Source: an uncultured Gemmatimonadota bacterium (lineage in GTDB: Bacteria > JAAXHH01). Taken from it: 64,000 nucleotides of DNA. Where the stretch lies: positions 800,001-864,000 of the forward strand of contig OX638340.1 of the NCBI GenBank assembly GCA_951812955.1, read 5' to 3'. Shown piece after piece: positions 40,367-50,384 of the stretch; the first letter of the stretch is position 1; every line of letters starts with the position of its first letter. Both the position numbers and the translations under genes were made by a program. The notes under the pieces were generated by a model that worked only from the letters and a program-made list of their open reading frames with translations, was not told the origin of the DNA and ran no database searches.

Positions 40367-41410
40367 TTAACCGATGTACACTTTTTCACCAGTCCGCGCG
40401 CTCTCGTACATCGCATCGAGCAGCTGCATGAACCTGTACGCGTCATCCGCGTTGACGTCGGGAGCTACCCGACCCGCTATAGCTCGTGCGAAATGTTCCA
40501 CCTCGTGGTAGAAGGGCAGTCCCTCGCCCGGTGGTTCTGTATACGGCACGTCGGATTCGTCCTCGATCTGCTGCGCGTTAAAAACGCCATCCTCCCACTG
40601 CCATAGTTGACCGTGCGAATAGGCGCCTTCGCTCCCGTATACCTCCACCACCGTGGGCGTATCGCAGTGCACCCAGCGGGAGCAGTCTATCTGGATCGTC
40701 TTGCCTCCATCGAAACCGGCAAGACCTGAAAAATAGTCTTCGGCCGGACCTTCCGGTCCGTCGTAAAGCGCCTCTACGACGTGCTTGGCGGCAAAGGCCC
40801 ATTTGGGATCCGGACAGCCCATCCACCACCAGGCCAGGTCCAACTCGTGCGATGCATGCTGCCCCAGTGCGCCGCCCTTCTGACCATACACGTGGGTCCA
40901 GCCTTCGGGACTGTCCAAAGGCGCCCTGTGGTTGAATTTCAGGAAGATGCGGGCGTGGTACGGCTCACCGATGCGGCCGCGGCTTAACGCGGTGCGGGTT
41001 CTGCGGTTCACCGGATCGTGACGCATAAAGTAGCAGAACTGCAGCGTCACGCCGGCGCGCTCGGCCGCTTCTTCGATGTCCAGGACCTGCTCGGCGCGGG
41101 TTGCGTGCGGTTTCTGCACGAGTACGTGCTTACCGGCCTCGATGGCATCGAAGACCATGGGATAGCGGGCGGGCGGATTCACGGCCAGGAGCACGGCATC
41201 CACTCCTTTATCGACCAGCAGATCCTGGTAGGGACCGTATCTATTGGGCACTCCCTCCTCACGGGCCACGCGGTTTCGACGTTCCTCACCCAGGTCGCCG
41301 ATCGCGACGACATCCAGGAGTGCGCTAGCCTGGGCCGATCGCACGGCGGCATGGCCGGCCCATCCGCAGCCCACGACACCGAGCCGAATCGCGTTCTCCT
41401 TCTGCATCAC
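40367..41410 (-). CDS. Gfo/Idh/MocA-family oxidoreductase
   Basis: LGVVGCGWAGHAAVRS...AVLLAVNPPARYPMVFDAIEAGKHVLVQKP (the EKP-like consensus). Confidence 0.8.
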   Translation of the reverse strand: MMQKENAIRLGVVGCGWAGHAAVRSAQASALLDVVAIGDLGEERRNRVAREEGVPNRYGPYQDLLVDKGVDAVLLAVNPPARYPMVFDAIEAGKHVLVQKPHATRAEQVLDIEEAAERAGVTLQFCYFMRHDPVNRRTRTALSRGRIGEPYHARIFLKFNHRAPLDSPEGWTHVYGQKGGALGQHASHELDLAWWWMGCPDPKWAFAAKHVVEALYDGPEGPAEDYFSGLAGFDGGKTIQIDCSRWVHCDTPTVVEVYGSEGAYSHGQLWQWEDGVFNAQQIEDESDVPYTEPPGEGLPFYHEVEHFARAIAGRVAPDVNADDAYRFMQLLDAMYESARTGEKVYIG

Positions 41411-41567
41411 TGCCTGTTTTCCTGGTTTGGGGATGTCGTTAACTCGATGAACTTCCCGGCATCGCCGGCATCATCTCCACCTGTCTGGATTATGACCTGA
41501 CAGGTATGGAAATCGGTCTGCCGGATCGCCGGGACAGTTGAATGCGCGATTCAGCCGCAGGAAGGAA

Positions 41568-42206
41568 TCAGGGCGACAACCGTTCATTCACCCATTTCCC
41601 GCCCGCGTCTTGCTTGTAGCGAATACGGTCATGCAGACGTAGTTCCCGTCCCTGCCAGAATTCGAACTCATCGGGCGAAACGCGGAACCCGCCCCAGTTG
41701 TCGGGACAGGGGACGTCACCGGTCGGGTATGCCGATTCAAGCGCCTCGTACCGTTCCTCGAGGATCCTTCGATCGGCTATGACCTCGCTTTGGCTCGAGG
41801 CCAGGGCCGCCAGGCGGCTTTCCAGGGGTCTCGAATTGAAATAGCGGGCGGATTCTTCCATAGATATCCTGCGAACCGCACCCGTAATCCGGATCTGCCT
41901 CCCGAGTTCACGCCAGTAAAACACCAGCGCGGCCCTGGGATTCTCGTCCAGGTCCCGGCTCTTCGGACTTCTGTAATCCGTGTAGAATACGAATCCACGT
42001 TCATCGACACCCCGCAGAACGACCATCCTGGCAGATGGGGAGCCGGTCGGTGACGCCGTCGCGACCGTCATCACGTCCGCCAGTTCGATCCCCGCATCGA
42101 CCGCGTTCCTGAACCACTCGTCGAACTGCCTGAACGGGTTATCATCCAGGTCCTGCTCATTCAGACTGTCGAATACGTATTCCCTGCGAAGCGCGTCCAG
42201 ATCCAT
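41568..42206 (-). CDS. pdxH: pyridoxamine 5'-phosphate oxidase
   Basis: ...MTVATASPTGSPSARMVVLRGVDERGFVFYTDYRSPKSRDL... ; C-terminal RIRY..D..GKW..ERL is the PdxH signature. Start at MDLDAL (ATG 42206, RBS AGGAAAGG). Confidence 0.85.
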   Translation of the reverse strand: MDLDALRREYVFDSLNEQDLDDNPFRQFDEWFRNAVDAGIELADVMTVATASPTGSPSARMVVLRGVDERGFVFYTDYRSPKSRDLDENPRAALVFYWRELGRQIRITGAVRRISMEESARYFNSRPLESRLAALASSQSEVIADRRILEERYEALESAYPTGDVPCPDNWGGFRVSPDEFEFWQGRELRLHDRIRYKQDAGGKWVNERLSP

Positions 42207-42325
42207 AGATGGCCTTTCCTGCCCGTTTCTTCTTCCCAGTCCGTTTTGACTCGCGTGCCCGAGGCTGGCCAACCGCGACCTGCTCTCCGCATTTATCGCG
42301 CGGCATCAGACGCCATGCACGACAA

Positions 42326-42730
42326 CTACCGCCACACGGCGAGAATCGCACCCATCAGCACACTGTAGAGCGCACGATACCCTGACTGGATCAACCACAG
42401 GGTCAGCCCCGTGTCGCCGAAGGCGCTGTCCGACGCCATCGCCGTGGCAATGAAGCCGATGCCCACGAGGAGCCCAATCACCACGCCGCCGCCCAGTGTC
42501 GATATGTTCAGGGCATTGATGAGAAGCGCTAGTACGACCGCCGTGATCAGGGAAGTAAAGAAACTGATAATGAACGGGGTGGGTGAAGGCTGTATCTGAT
42601 CCGCCGTTTTTCCCAACGCGGCCAGCCAGGTGTCGCCGAAAAGCGGGCCGTACCAGATCCCGCCGAGTGCAAATCCAGCCACCGTGGCCACGAGTATGGC
42701 CAGCCAGTTCAGTCCGGTAAACTCTAGCAT
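42326..42730 (-). CDS. DUF1761-like small integral membrane protein
   Basis: 134 aa with four predicted TM segments; WYGPLFG motif. Confidence 0.45.
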   Translation of the reverse strand: MLEFTGLNWLAILVATVAGFALGGIWYGPLFGDTWLAALGKTADQIQPSPTPFIISFFTSLITAVVLALLINALNISTLGGGVVIGLLVGIGFIATAMASDSAFGDTGLTLWLIQSGYRALYSVLMGAILAVWR

Positions 42731-42754
42731 ATTTCCTCCTGAATTAGATTGGGT

Positions 42755-43450
42755 TCATTCTACTTCAACTACATTTTCCTCCACAGGTTCCACAACAGTC
42801 TCTTCCACGGAGACAGAATCGGCCTCGTCCGTCGCAAATTTCTCCTGCCTACCGATCTCATACCGCAGAATGGTGACGTATTCATCGGGATTGCCACTAA
42901 ATATCATGCCGGGGCCCTTCAGGTATTCTTCCTCGTGGGGTCCGGTGAAGGTATATCCCCGCTCTTCAACATAATCCCGCATGCGCTGGATGGAAGGCGT
43001 TTCGTCGTCGTAGGGGCCGATGTATAGCAGTTCCACGACTTCACCGTACGTCCAGGTCTCTAGCGAGGTCTTCATACCGGGAATCGCAGTATGTTCCGGG
43101 AGTTCCGTGGCGGAATCCGGGACCGGGATACCGTAAATGCCGATCCACTCATCCTTGGGCCGGTCGGGCGCAACGGTCCAACGGGCCCTCGGAGCGGGAA
43201 GGGGCCACATATCCACTCCACCTGTTCCGTAATACAGCTCATACAGCAGTTCGTACGCGCCCTGTGCCACGACATTCGGATCGCCCCTGACCTCGACCAC
43301 AATCATCTTCTGGGGCGGCTTGGTCGAAATCGCAGGTTCAATCAGATAGTCGTATCTTGTGAGATCGGGTCCCTTCCACATGTAGTAGACCATCACGCTT
43401 ACGACGGCCAGCACGAAGACGCCAAAGACCAGCATCAGTTTTTTAATCAT
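42755..43450 (-). CDS. membrane-anchored hypothetical protein (possible GyrI-like ligand-binding fold) with acidic C-terminal tail
   Basis: N-terminal TM MIKKLMLVFGVFVLAVVSVMVYY; acidic repeat tail EETVVEPVEENVVEVE; RBS GGGAAGG. Confidence 0.35.
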   Translation of the reverse strand: MIKKLMLVFGVFVLAVVSVMVYYMWKGPDLTRYDYLIEPAISTKPPQKMIVVEVRGDPNVVAQGAYELLYELYYGTGGVDMWPLPAPRARWTVAPDRPKDEWIGIYGIPVPDSATELPEHTAIPGMKTSLETWTYGEVVELLYIGPYDDETPSIQRMRDYVEERGYTFTGPHEEEYLKGPGMIFSGNPDEYVTILRYEIGRQEKFATDEADSVSVEETVVEPVEENVVEVE

Positions 43451-43504
43451 TTCGCCGCCTTCCCGATGTAGCAACCCGTCAACTGTCCATCACGGTTTTG
43501 TCGA

Positions 43505-44674
43505 TCAGGGTTCTATTGATGAAATACCATGGTGTATCGCGCGACGTCCGTAACGGTCCCGTATGGTATCCAGCGCGCGCACGAGACGATCCGACTTCTC
43601 GTGGCCGCTCTTGAATAGATCGGTTTGAATGGGCTCCTCCGGCCTGACCAGGTTACCGACGGCCAGGCCGAGCAGCCGAATACCCTTCTTGCCGTCCCAT
43701 ACCGCATCAAACAGTTCCACGGCCGCTTTGCCAATTACGAAATCGTTATCCATCGGCGCCACGGCCGTCTGCCTCGTCAGCGTCTTGAAATCTCCGTAAC
43801 GGACCTTGATCCGGACCGTTCTGCCCTGGCGTCCCGCCTTACGAAGACGGCGACCCACCTTGCCGCTCTGGTCCACCAGGACGCCGTGGCATGCCTCCCG
43901 GTCCAAAAGGTCCGTACCAAACGTATTCTCGTGACCGACCGACTTCGCCGGATTGCCGGAGACCACGGGCCGGTCGTCCTGACCACGGGAGATGTTCGCA
44001 AAATGAGCGCCGGCAGCATTACCGATCAATCGCTGCAGTTCCTCCGATGGTCGTTTCTGAACATCCCCAATCGTACTGAAACCCAGACGTACCAGACGAT
44101 CCTGCATGTCCTTGCCCGCGCCCCAGAGACATGAAACGGGCAGCGGTGCCAGGAAATCCACTATGCTATCCGGCGGAACGATCACCAGTCCATCGGGCTT
44201 GTCCAGGTCGGAAGCCACTTTCGCCACATACTTGCACGGCGCGACGCCGACGGATATGGTGAGACGCGTTTCATTCAGCACGTCCGTCTTGATTGATCGG
44301 GCGATCGCTTCGCCGTCGCCGAAGAGCTGCGATGAACCCGTGACATCCATGAATGCTTCGTCAAGCGACAAAGGCTCGACGAGCGGTGTATACCGGTTGA
44401 AAACGTCATGGATCTGCCGTGAAACCTCGCCGTAAGCCTTCGATCTGACGGGCAGAAAGATACCGTGTGGACATAGTTTCCTGGCCGTCGAGCCCGGCAT
44501 GGCCGAGTGGACACCGAACTTGCGAGCTTCGTACGAACAGGTCGACACGACAGACCGTGGTCCATCACCACCGACGATGACCGGTCTTCCGCGCAATTCC
44601 GGCCGGTCCCGCTGCTCGACGGCCGCGAAGAAGGCGTCCATATCCGCGTGTAGGATGGTGCGTATGCGATTCAC
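43505..44674 (-). CDS. dinB: DNA polymerase IV (Y-family, DinB)
   Basis: MNRIRTILHADMDAFFAAVEQRD..., SLDEAFMDVTG, and the little-finger domain. Confidence 0.9.
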   Translation of the reverse strand: MNRIRTILHADMDAFFAAVEQRDRPELRGRPVIVGGDGPRSVVSTCSYEARKFGVHSAMPGSTARKLCPHGIFLPVRSKAYGEVSRQIHDVFNRYTPLVEPLSLDEAFMDVTGSSQLFGDGEAIARSIKTDVLNETRLTISVGVAPCKYVAKVASDLDKPDGLVIVPPDSIVDFLAPLPVSCLWGAGKDMQDRLVRLGFSTIGDVQKRPSEELQRLIGNAAGAHFANISRGQDDRPVVSGNPAKSVGHENTFGTDLLDREACHGVLVDQSGKVGRRLRKAGRQGRTVRIKVRYGDFKTLTRQTAVAPMDNDFVIGKAAVELFDAVWDGKKGIRLLGLAVGNLVRPEEPIQTDLFKSGHEKSDRLVRALDTIRDRYGRRAIHHGISSIEP

Positions 44675-44807
44675 GATAGCCAGGCAGGCAAACGATGGAA
44701 AAGTGAATACATTGACCAGTAACTATACAACCAATTAAACTATACCTACTGCCGGCGTACAAGTGCTTTGTTGACCTGGTAAACTGACCACCGGGAGGGA
44801 GAAAACA

Positions 44808-45419
44808 ATGACCGACAAGGCCGATCTCAACAAGTTACTGATAGATTCCGTGGAGCATGGTGACCCGGTGACAGTATCCAGGGCGGTTGAAATGGGAGCC
44901 GATCCATCCTGCATTACTCCTGCACACATACCGCCTCAGCGGGAAACCGAGGAGCATTTCGAGATCATGCGATACCTGTTCTCCGTGGGTACTGACGTCA
45001 ATTTCGCCGGGCTCGACGAGGGCATCCTCATGACCTTTTCCGCTTACCGCGGACAATTGCGATACCTGCGCCTGTACCTCGAAGTCGGCGCGGATATCAA
45101 CCTCGCCCAGCCCATGAACGGCGTCACGGGACTGCACGTGGCGGTCCAGCATAATCTGCCGGACGTCGTACGATTCTTCCTCGAAAACGACGCCATCGTC
45201 GATCAGGCCTGCCACGATGACGCGCCGACAACCGATCCCGGTCACGTATTTGGAGAAACAGCCCTGCATTTCGCCGCAGCAGGCGCCGACAGGGAAATTG
45301 TTGAAATGCTCCTGGCCTTCGGAGCGGACCGCGCTTCGAAATCTTCCAGGGGAGAAACACCGCTGGACTACGCGGTTCGCAACAGCCGGTCTCCGGACGT
45401 GCTGCGTTTACTCAAGTAG
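44808..45419 (+). CDS. small ankyrin-repeat protein (paralog B of 33841-34452)
   Basis: MTDKADLNKLL...ITPAHIPPQRETEEHFEIMRYLF...GVTGLHVAVQHNLPDVVRFFLEN...; RBS GGGAGG. Confidence 0.85.
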   Translation: MTDKADLNKLLIDSVEHGDPVTVSRAVEMGADPSCITPAHIPPQRETEEHFEIMRYLFSVGTDVNFAGLDEGILMTFSAYRGQLRYLRLYLEVGADINLAQPMNGVTGLHVAVQHNLPDVVRFFLENDAIVDQACHDDAPTTDPGHVFGETALHFAAAGADREIVEMLLAFGADRASKSSRGETPLDYAVRNSRSPDVLRLLK

Positions 45420-45443
45420 GTTGCCACTTCCACAAATGCTGCC

Positions 45444-46490
45444 TCACAGGATGCCAGCCTGCAACCGGCGCGGCATACGAAAGTCAAGCAGCGCCTGTTG
45501 AAACCCTGGTGTCGGAACAGGGTCGCCCTCGATCCTGAAAGCCCAGCCATCCGAGTTTTCGACCGGTTTCTCGTAGAGACCGGACAGCACGCCTGCCATG
45601 CTCTCCGATTCGTCGATCGAGGACCGGATGGGGAACACCTCGCCGGAGCGCTTCCTCGTCTTTTTTGACAATTCGATCAAATACCTCGTAAGCGACACGC
45701 GATATCCTGTCCCGTCACGCTCGACTTGAACCAAGTGGCCCCGATCCACGCATTCCCTGCGAATCACGTCCCACGGTATCGTTACCCGCGGATTCAAAAC
45801 GCGGTAACGCAGATCCGGCGTCCATTCCAGTGCCACCGCGATGACGGGCAGCCTGTCCTCCACATCGCAGAACGCGCTGCTGAACGCGAGATCCGTGTGG
45901 TAATCCGGAAGAAACCGATTTGCGTTTCCATGGTGAATGAGAAACAGCAGCGCACTTCTTTGTCCTTCCCTGTTCATTCGAGCCAGCGAAAGCAGATGCC
46001 GTCGCCCCCGTTCCGTGACCGCGTCGGGAAACATGGCGATACCATTCGCGGAAAGGGTACAGGACTTGACTTCCAGGTACAGGTCTCCTTCGCCATCCCG
46101 TAACAGCATGTCGAACCGGTGGTCGCCAACGGTCACCTCCGTCCGTTCAACACTGAAGTCCCTCAAACCGGGAATCGCCCGGGCATCGATCAGGCGCTGC
46201 GACGCGACGTTGTTCAGATGGGTGTGGAGGAACACAATGTGATCCTGGTACTTTACGGCCATCACCGTATACCGCGTATTGCGGTAGTCCAGTCGGCCGT
46301 GATCTGCCAAGATCAGTTTCACTCCCGGAAGAAGCAGTTCTTTCATTCTGCCGGGATTTGGCATGAAAACATTCGTCTCCCGGCCGTCTATCATGCAGTG
46401 AACGCAGAATCGGTTGGGACGGGTGAGAAAAGTCCCCTCGACCAGTGGACGGGAAGTGATGGGCGAGTAAAAACCGGTCATGTCGGTCAT
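45444..46490 (-). CDS. sfsA: SfsA-family (sugar fermentation stimulation protein A / DNA-binding nuclease fold) protein with ~110-aa C-terminal extension
   Basis: GTFLTRPNRFCVHCMIDGRE...; conserved FPDAVTERG and EVKSCTL blocks of SfsA. Confidence 0.7.
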   Translation of the reverse strand: MTDMTGFYSPITSRPLVEGTFLTRPNRFCVHCMIDGRETNVFMPNPGRMKELLLPGVKLILADHGRLDYRNTRYTVMAVKYQDHIVFLHTHLNNVASQRLIDARAIPGLRDFSVERTEVTVGDHRFDMLLRDGEGDLYLEVKSCTLSANGIAMFPDAVTERGRRHLLSLARMNREGQRSALLFLIHHGNANRFLPDYHTDLAFSSAFCDVEDRLPVIAVALEWTPDLRYRVLNPRVTIPWDVIRRECVDRGHLVQVERDGTGYRVSLTRYLIELSKKTRKRSGEVFPIRSSIDESESMAGVLSGLYEKPVENSDGWAFRIEGDPVPTPGFQQALLDFRMPRRLQAGIL

Positions 46491-46567
46491 TCTGGCTCAG
46501 ATCGACCCGATAGAGAGATAGGGTGCGGGTATAAGGTCGCGGAAAAGGGTGCGGTTGCGAATACCGA

Positions 46568-47650
46568 TCAGTCGGACAAAAGTTCCTGCAACCGATTGAT
46601 TACCAGGTCTACCTCTCCCGGTTGCAGCGTACCGAGTTTCACCCGGAAACGGCTGTTCCTGCACCAGGTTACGATGGAAGGTTCACCGTCAAGCAACAGC
46701 CTTTCGAATTCCAGGTCGGAACATCCAATCCGCTCGAGGTCGATTTCTACGGAGACCACGTCGCCGCTTCGCTTGACCGAGTTTACCAGGGAGGATGAGG
46801 CCAGCCCCTTTCGGATCGCCAGGCCCATGCGGTTGTATTCCCTGCGGACCGCGTCCTCGTCCCTTTCCATGATGTACTTTACCGCTGCGTAGATGCCGGC
46901 CAGCTCTTCCTTTCCTACCTTCATGGTTCGGCCAATGGCCCGGTTGGGATTGCCGTGGGCGGCACATCCCTCGATGATGGACCGCTTGCCGATTACGAGT
47001 CCGGTGGTCTGTGGGCCGCGAATCGCCTTTCCGCCGCTGGCGATTATGGCATCCACTCCCAGTTCACGGGTGAAATACCGGAAATTCGCTTTCGGAGGTA
47101 TACTGAAGGCCGCGTCAACGAGAACGGGTACGTTATGCCCGTGGGCGATGTCGACGATACGGTCAATGGGCAGCATGCGACCCCAGGGAGACAGCGTCAG
47201 CACGGCAGCCGTTCGTTCGTTGATACAAGCCGCAAGTTGTTCCTCCGTGGCGCCGCGCTCGTCTCCCATTTCCACGATCACCGCGCCGGGGGACTGGATG
47301 GCGATGTCCTCGTAAAACCGCGCGCAGCGGTGCACGATGACCTCGTTCTTCATGCCGGACGTATCGGGCAGTCTTTCGATCTTTTCCGGGTCCGTTCCGG
47401 CCATGCAGGCGGCGACCGCCAGCGCGATCCCACCCGCGGCACCGCAGCTCACGTACGCGGCCTCGTTTCCGGTCATTTCGGCAATGGCCTTGCCGACACG
47501 TGTCTGCATCTCGTGCAGGTTGACGTACTGGCGGGACGCTTCGACCATGGCTTCCACCGCGCAGGGCCACATGATCGATCCGCCGAACCGCGTGTAGTTG
47601 TCGGCGGCGTTTATGAAAGGGCGGACGCCCAGTTCCTCGTAAACATCCAT
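46568..47650 (-). CDS. SelA-like PLP-dependent enzyme (L-seryl-tRNA selenium transferase / DgaE-related fold); shorter than true SelA
   Basis: ...YVNLHEMQTRVGKAIAEMTGNEAAYVSCGAAGGIALAVAACM... and ASGGKAIRGPQTTG (PLP-lysine region) resemble the SelA/DgaE family. It is 360 aa, whereas SelA is ~460. Confidence 0.45.
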   Translation of the reverse strand: MDVYEELGVRPFINAADNYTRFGGSIMWPCAVEAMVEASRQYVNLHEMQTRVGKAIAEMTGNEAAYVSCGAAGGIALAVAACMAGTDPEKIERLPDTSGMKNEVIVHRCARFYEDIAIQSPGAVIVEMGDERGATEEQLAACINERTAAVLTLSPWGRMLPIDRIVDIAHGHNVPVLVDAAFSIPPKANFRYFTRELGVDAIIASGGKAIRGPQTTGLVIGKRSIIEGCAAHGNPNRAIGRTMKVGKEELAGIYAAVKYIMERDEDAVRREYNRMGLAIRKGLASSSLVNSVKRSGDVVSVEIDLERIGCSDLEFERLLLDGEPSIVTWCRNSRFRVKLGTLQPGEVDLVINRLQELLSD

Positions 47651-47829
47651 GCAAGCTCCCTTAACACTTTTTTTGCATCGAGCTTATGATACAGTGCGGT
47701 TCGACTGGTTTCAGACTTTGAAAACCAACGTACTCCACACAGGAAAGACGGACAAGCCCAAACTCCTGCGTGGATTCTCTTTGCCAGCTTGCCAGGTGAT
47801 AGATAGGTTTTATAGCGTCAGGATAACAA

Positions 47830-48957
47830 ATGTGGAGGGGTATGAACCACGACGCATTGCAGGTATCAAGGCAAGCCGATGGCAGATGGAGGCTTCATCT
47901 CGACCGGAATGGAGAGGAGCTCTGTCGGATCGTACTGGTCAGGGAAATCCTGCGCATCGGACGATCTCGGATAACGGCCGGTGGGGTAGCGGGACTCTAT
48001 ACACCACCTGATCGTCGCATGGAAGGACATGCTCGAGAGTTGATGGCGGCGTCCCATGATTTCCTGCGGGAAAAAGACTGCTCCATTTCCTTGATGAATG
48101 CCATCCCCGGTTTCTACCACCACTTCGGTTACGACGTGGTGTTTCCGGTGTATAGACTCTTTGTAGATACGGATACGCTGCTTCAAAACCGCAGGCAACA
48201 CAGCGTGCGACGGGCTCGCAAGATTGACCAGCCTGTGCTGGTGAGGCTTTATAACGCGTGTAATCGGTACCGTACAGGCACCCTGGTTCGTAGTGCGGAC
48301 TGGCGCTTCGACGGGCTCGTCAACTATGGCCGCCCGCCGGGGGTCTTGTTGATGACGGAGGACAGTCGGAGCCGGGTGACGGGATACACCCTGTGCAGGC
48401 CCCGGGGTGACCGGTATTTCGTACAGGAGCTCAATGGCCGTACACAAGAAGCTTTCGAGTCGCTGGCCCACGCAATTGGAACGCGTGCTCGCCGGGCCGG
48501 ATTCAAGCGGGTCCACTTCAGGATGCCGCTTGACCATCCATTCGGCGTGTTTTGCAGTCGGCTGGGTTGCGAGTGGGAGATCCAGTACCACGTAAACGCG
48601 GAGGACATGGGGCGCGTGCTCGATCTGCCACGATTCCTGTCGGAATTGCGTGCGGAACTAGGCTTCAGGCTACGTAATTCATTGTGCACCGCAGACACCA
48701 GTCTCTGGTTTCACACCGAGTCCGGAGGAGCAGGACTGAAGATCGAGCGTGGCAGTATACGTCGAATCAAGCATCCTGGCCCTGACGCTCAGGAAATAAC
48801 CATCCCGCAGACCGCCCTGCTGCAACTGGCATTGGGTTTTCGCTCGGTATCCGAGGTGGCAGGTACGGCAGACGTGCGAATGCCCCGCTCCGTAAAACCC
48901 GTGATGGAGGTTCTTTTTCCGCAAACACCCGTGACCATGCCCATGATCGGAGTATAG
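47830..48957 (+). CDS. GNAT-family N-acetyltransferase, Eis-like architecture (GNAT + C-terminal SCP-like domain)
   Basis: Acetyl-CoA motif region ...RIGRSRITAGGVAGLYTPPDRRMEGHARELM...; about 375 aa with a C-terminal amphipathic domain. Confidence 0.45.
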   Translation: MWRGMNHDALQVSRQADGRWRLHLDRNGEELCRIVLVREILRIGRSRITAGGVAGLYTPPDRRMEGHARELMAASHDFLREKDCSISLMNAIPGFYHHFGYDVVFPVYRLFVDTDTLLQNRRQHSVRRARKIDQPVLVRLYNACNRYRTGTLVRSADWRFDGLVNYGRPPGVLLMTEDSRSRVTGYTLCRPRGDRYFVQELNGRTQEAFESLAHAIGTRARRAGFKRVHFRMPLDHPFGVFCSRLGCEWEIQYHVNAEDMGRVLDLPRFLSELRAELGFRLRNSLCTADTSLWFHTESGGAGLKIERGSIRRIKHPGPDAQEITIPQTALLQLALGFRSVSEVAGTADVRMPRSVKPVMEVLFPQTPVTMPMIGV

Positions 48958-49014
48958 GGACTGCTGTGCGAGGGTGTTCTCTATCTTCTTCACAACAATC
49001 AATGGGGGAACGCG

Positions 49015-49425
49015 ATGGGTAAAACGATCAGAGTCATCCTTGCAGTTTTGGCAGGCATGGCGGTTGGCAGCGCGGTAAATATGGGTCTGATTCTGTTGAG
49101 CCCCATGGTCATTCCGCCTCCGCCCGGCGTCGATGTGACCGATATGGACTCCCTGGCGTCGTCCATGCACCTGTTCCAGTTCAAGCATTTTATCTTTCCC
49201 TTTCTGGCCCATGCACTCGGTACCCTGGCTGGTGCATATCTGGCCGTGACGATCGCTTCAGGATACAGACTTAAAATATCCATGCTCATTGGATCGTTGT
49301 TCCTGCTCGGTGGAATCGCCAATGCCATGATGCTACCCGCGCCGGGGTGGTTTATAGGGGTGGACCTGATCGGCGCTTATTTGCCCATGGCCTGGATCGG
49401 TGGTCGATTGACCGGCAAGGACTAA
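49015..49425 (+). CDS. hypothetical small membrane protein (3 TM)
   Basis: MGKTIRVILAVLAGMAVGSAVNMGLILL...; hydrophobic segments; RBS GGGGGAA. Confidence 0.4.
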   Translation: MGKTIRVILAVLAGMAVGSAVNMGLILLSPMVIPPPPGVDVTDMDSLASSMHLFQFKHFIFPFLAHALGTLAGAYLAVTIASGYRLKISMLIGSLFLLGGIANAMMLPAPGWFIGVDLIGAYLPMAWIGGRLTGKD

Positions 49426-49452
49426 TGCGCGAGGCGAAGGTCTTAAGACGAT

Positions 49453-50343
49453 ATGGCGTCCAATACAGGCGAATTCGAATCCTTCCTGGCGATGTTTGAA
49501 CGCGGTGATTTGGAGGCCGCAAGCGCCTATGTAGAAAGCCATCCCCTGCTGGCCGATTACGATGGCATCCAGGCCCACCCTCTACTTCGGGAGTTCGTTC
49601 GCAGGAATTGCGGCCACTGCTACAAATCGTCCCATCGGGCCATCGCAGATCTCCTTATTCCTGATCGGATTCGAGCCTTTCGGAATGACGTGATGGCCGA
49701 CCGGACCGATAACGTCAAGTCACGACTGAACGCGGAACCCAATCTCGTGCATGCAGAGTTTACCGGCGGCCGGGGAATCGCCCGAGCGATACACCACTGG
49801 CGGTCCATCCCTGTCGGCAAGCTGCTGCTGGACGGCGGGGCCGACGTGAATGCCCTTACGACTGTAGGTTGTGCCGGGGAAACACCCCTCATGATGCAAC
49901 TTCGTTTCGGTACCGTGGAAGGCGTGCGCTTTCTTTTGGCAAACGGCGCGGAAACGAATCTGGGCGGACTCAAGCATTCGCCGAGCACATCGATGGCCGC
50001 GGGGCTCAAGCTGCTGCTTCGGCACGGATGGGACATCAACGAGCGGGTAGGCGGCCGCACCCTGCTGCACCATGACGCCAATCACGGTCACGGTAAGCGC
50101 GTTCAACTGCTGCTGGGGCATGGCGCCGATCCCAACATTAAAGATGCCGAGGGTCGAACCGCGTTGCACCTGGTCAGTGCGAGAGGGGTCGGCGCGGAGA
50201 CGATCCGCGCCCTGGTGGAAGCCGGCGCACTCGTGGATGCCCGTGATGATCAAGATAGAACTCCATTAGACCTGGCCGCTTCGGCCAGGAGCCAGGCAGC
50301 GCTCCGAGCGCTTCAGAAGCTTGGCGCCCCTGGCGCCCGGTGA
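49453..50343 (+). CDS. ankyrin-repeat protein
   Basis: ANK repeats (..TPLMMQLRFGTVEGVRFLLANGAE..; ..TALHLVSARGVGAETIRALVEAGALVD..). Confidence 0.85.
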   Translation: MASNTGEFESFLAMFERGDLEAASAYVESHPLLADYDGIQAHPLLREFVRRNCGHCYKSSHRAIADLLIPDRIRAFRNDVMADRTDNVKSRLNAEPNLVHAEFTGGRGIARAIHHWRSIPVGKLLLDGGADVNALTTVGCAGETPLMMQLRFGTVEGVRFLLANGAETNLGGLKHSPSTSMAAGLKLLLRHGWDINERVGGRTLLHHDANHGHGKRVQLLLGHGADPNIKDAEGRTALHLVSARGVGAETIRALVEAGALVDARDDQDRTPLDLAASARSQAALRALQKLGAPGAR

Positions 50344-50384
50344 TCGCGCGTACACAGCCCAACTATCGGTTAAGGTAGGATCAG

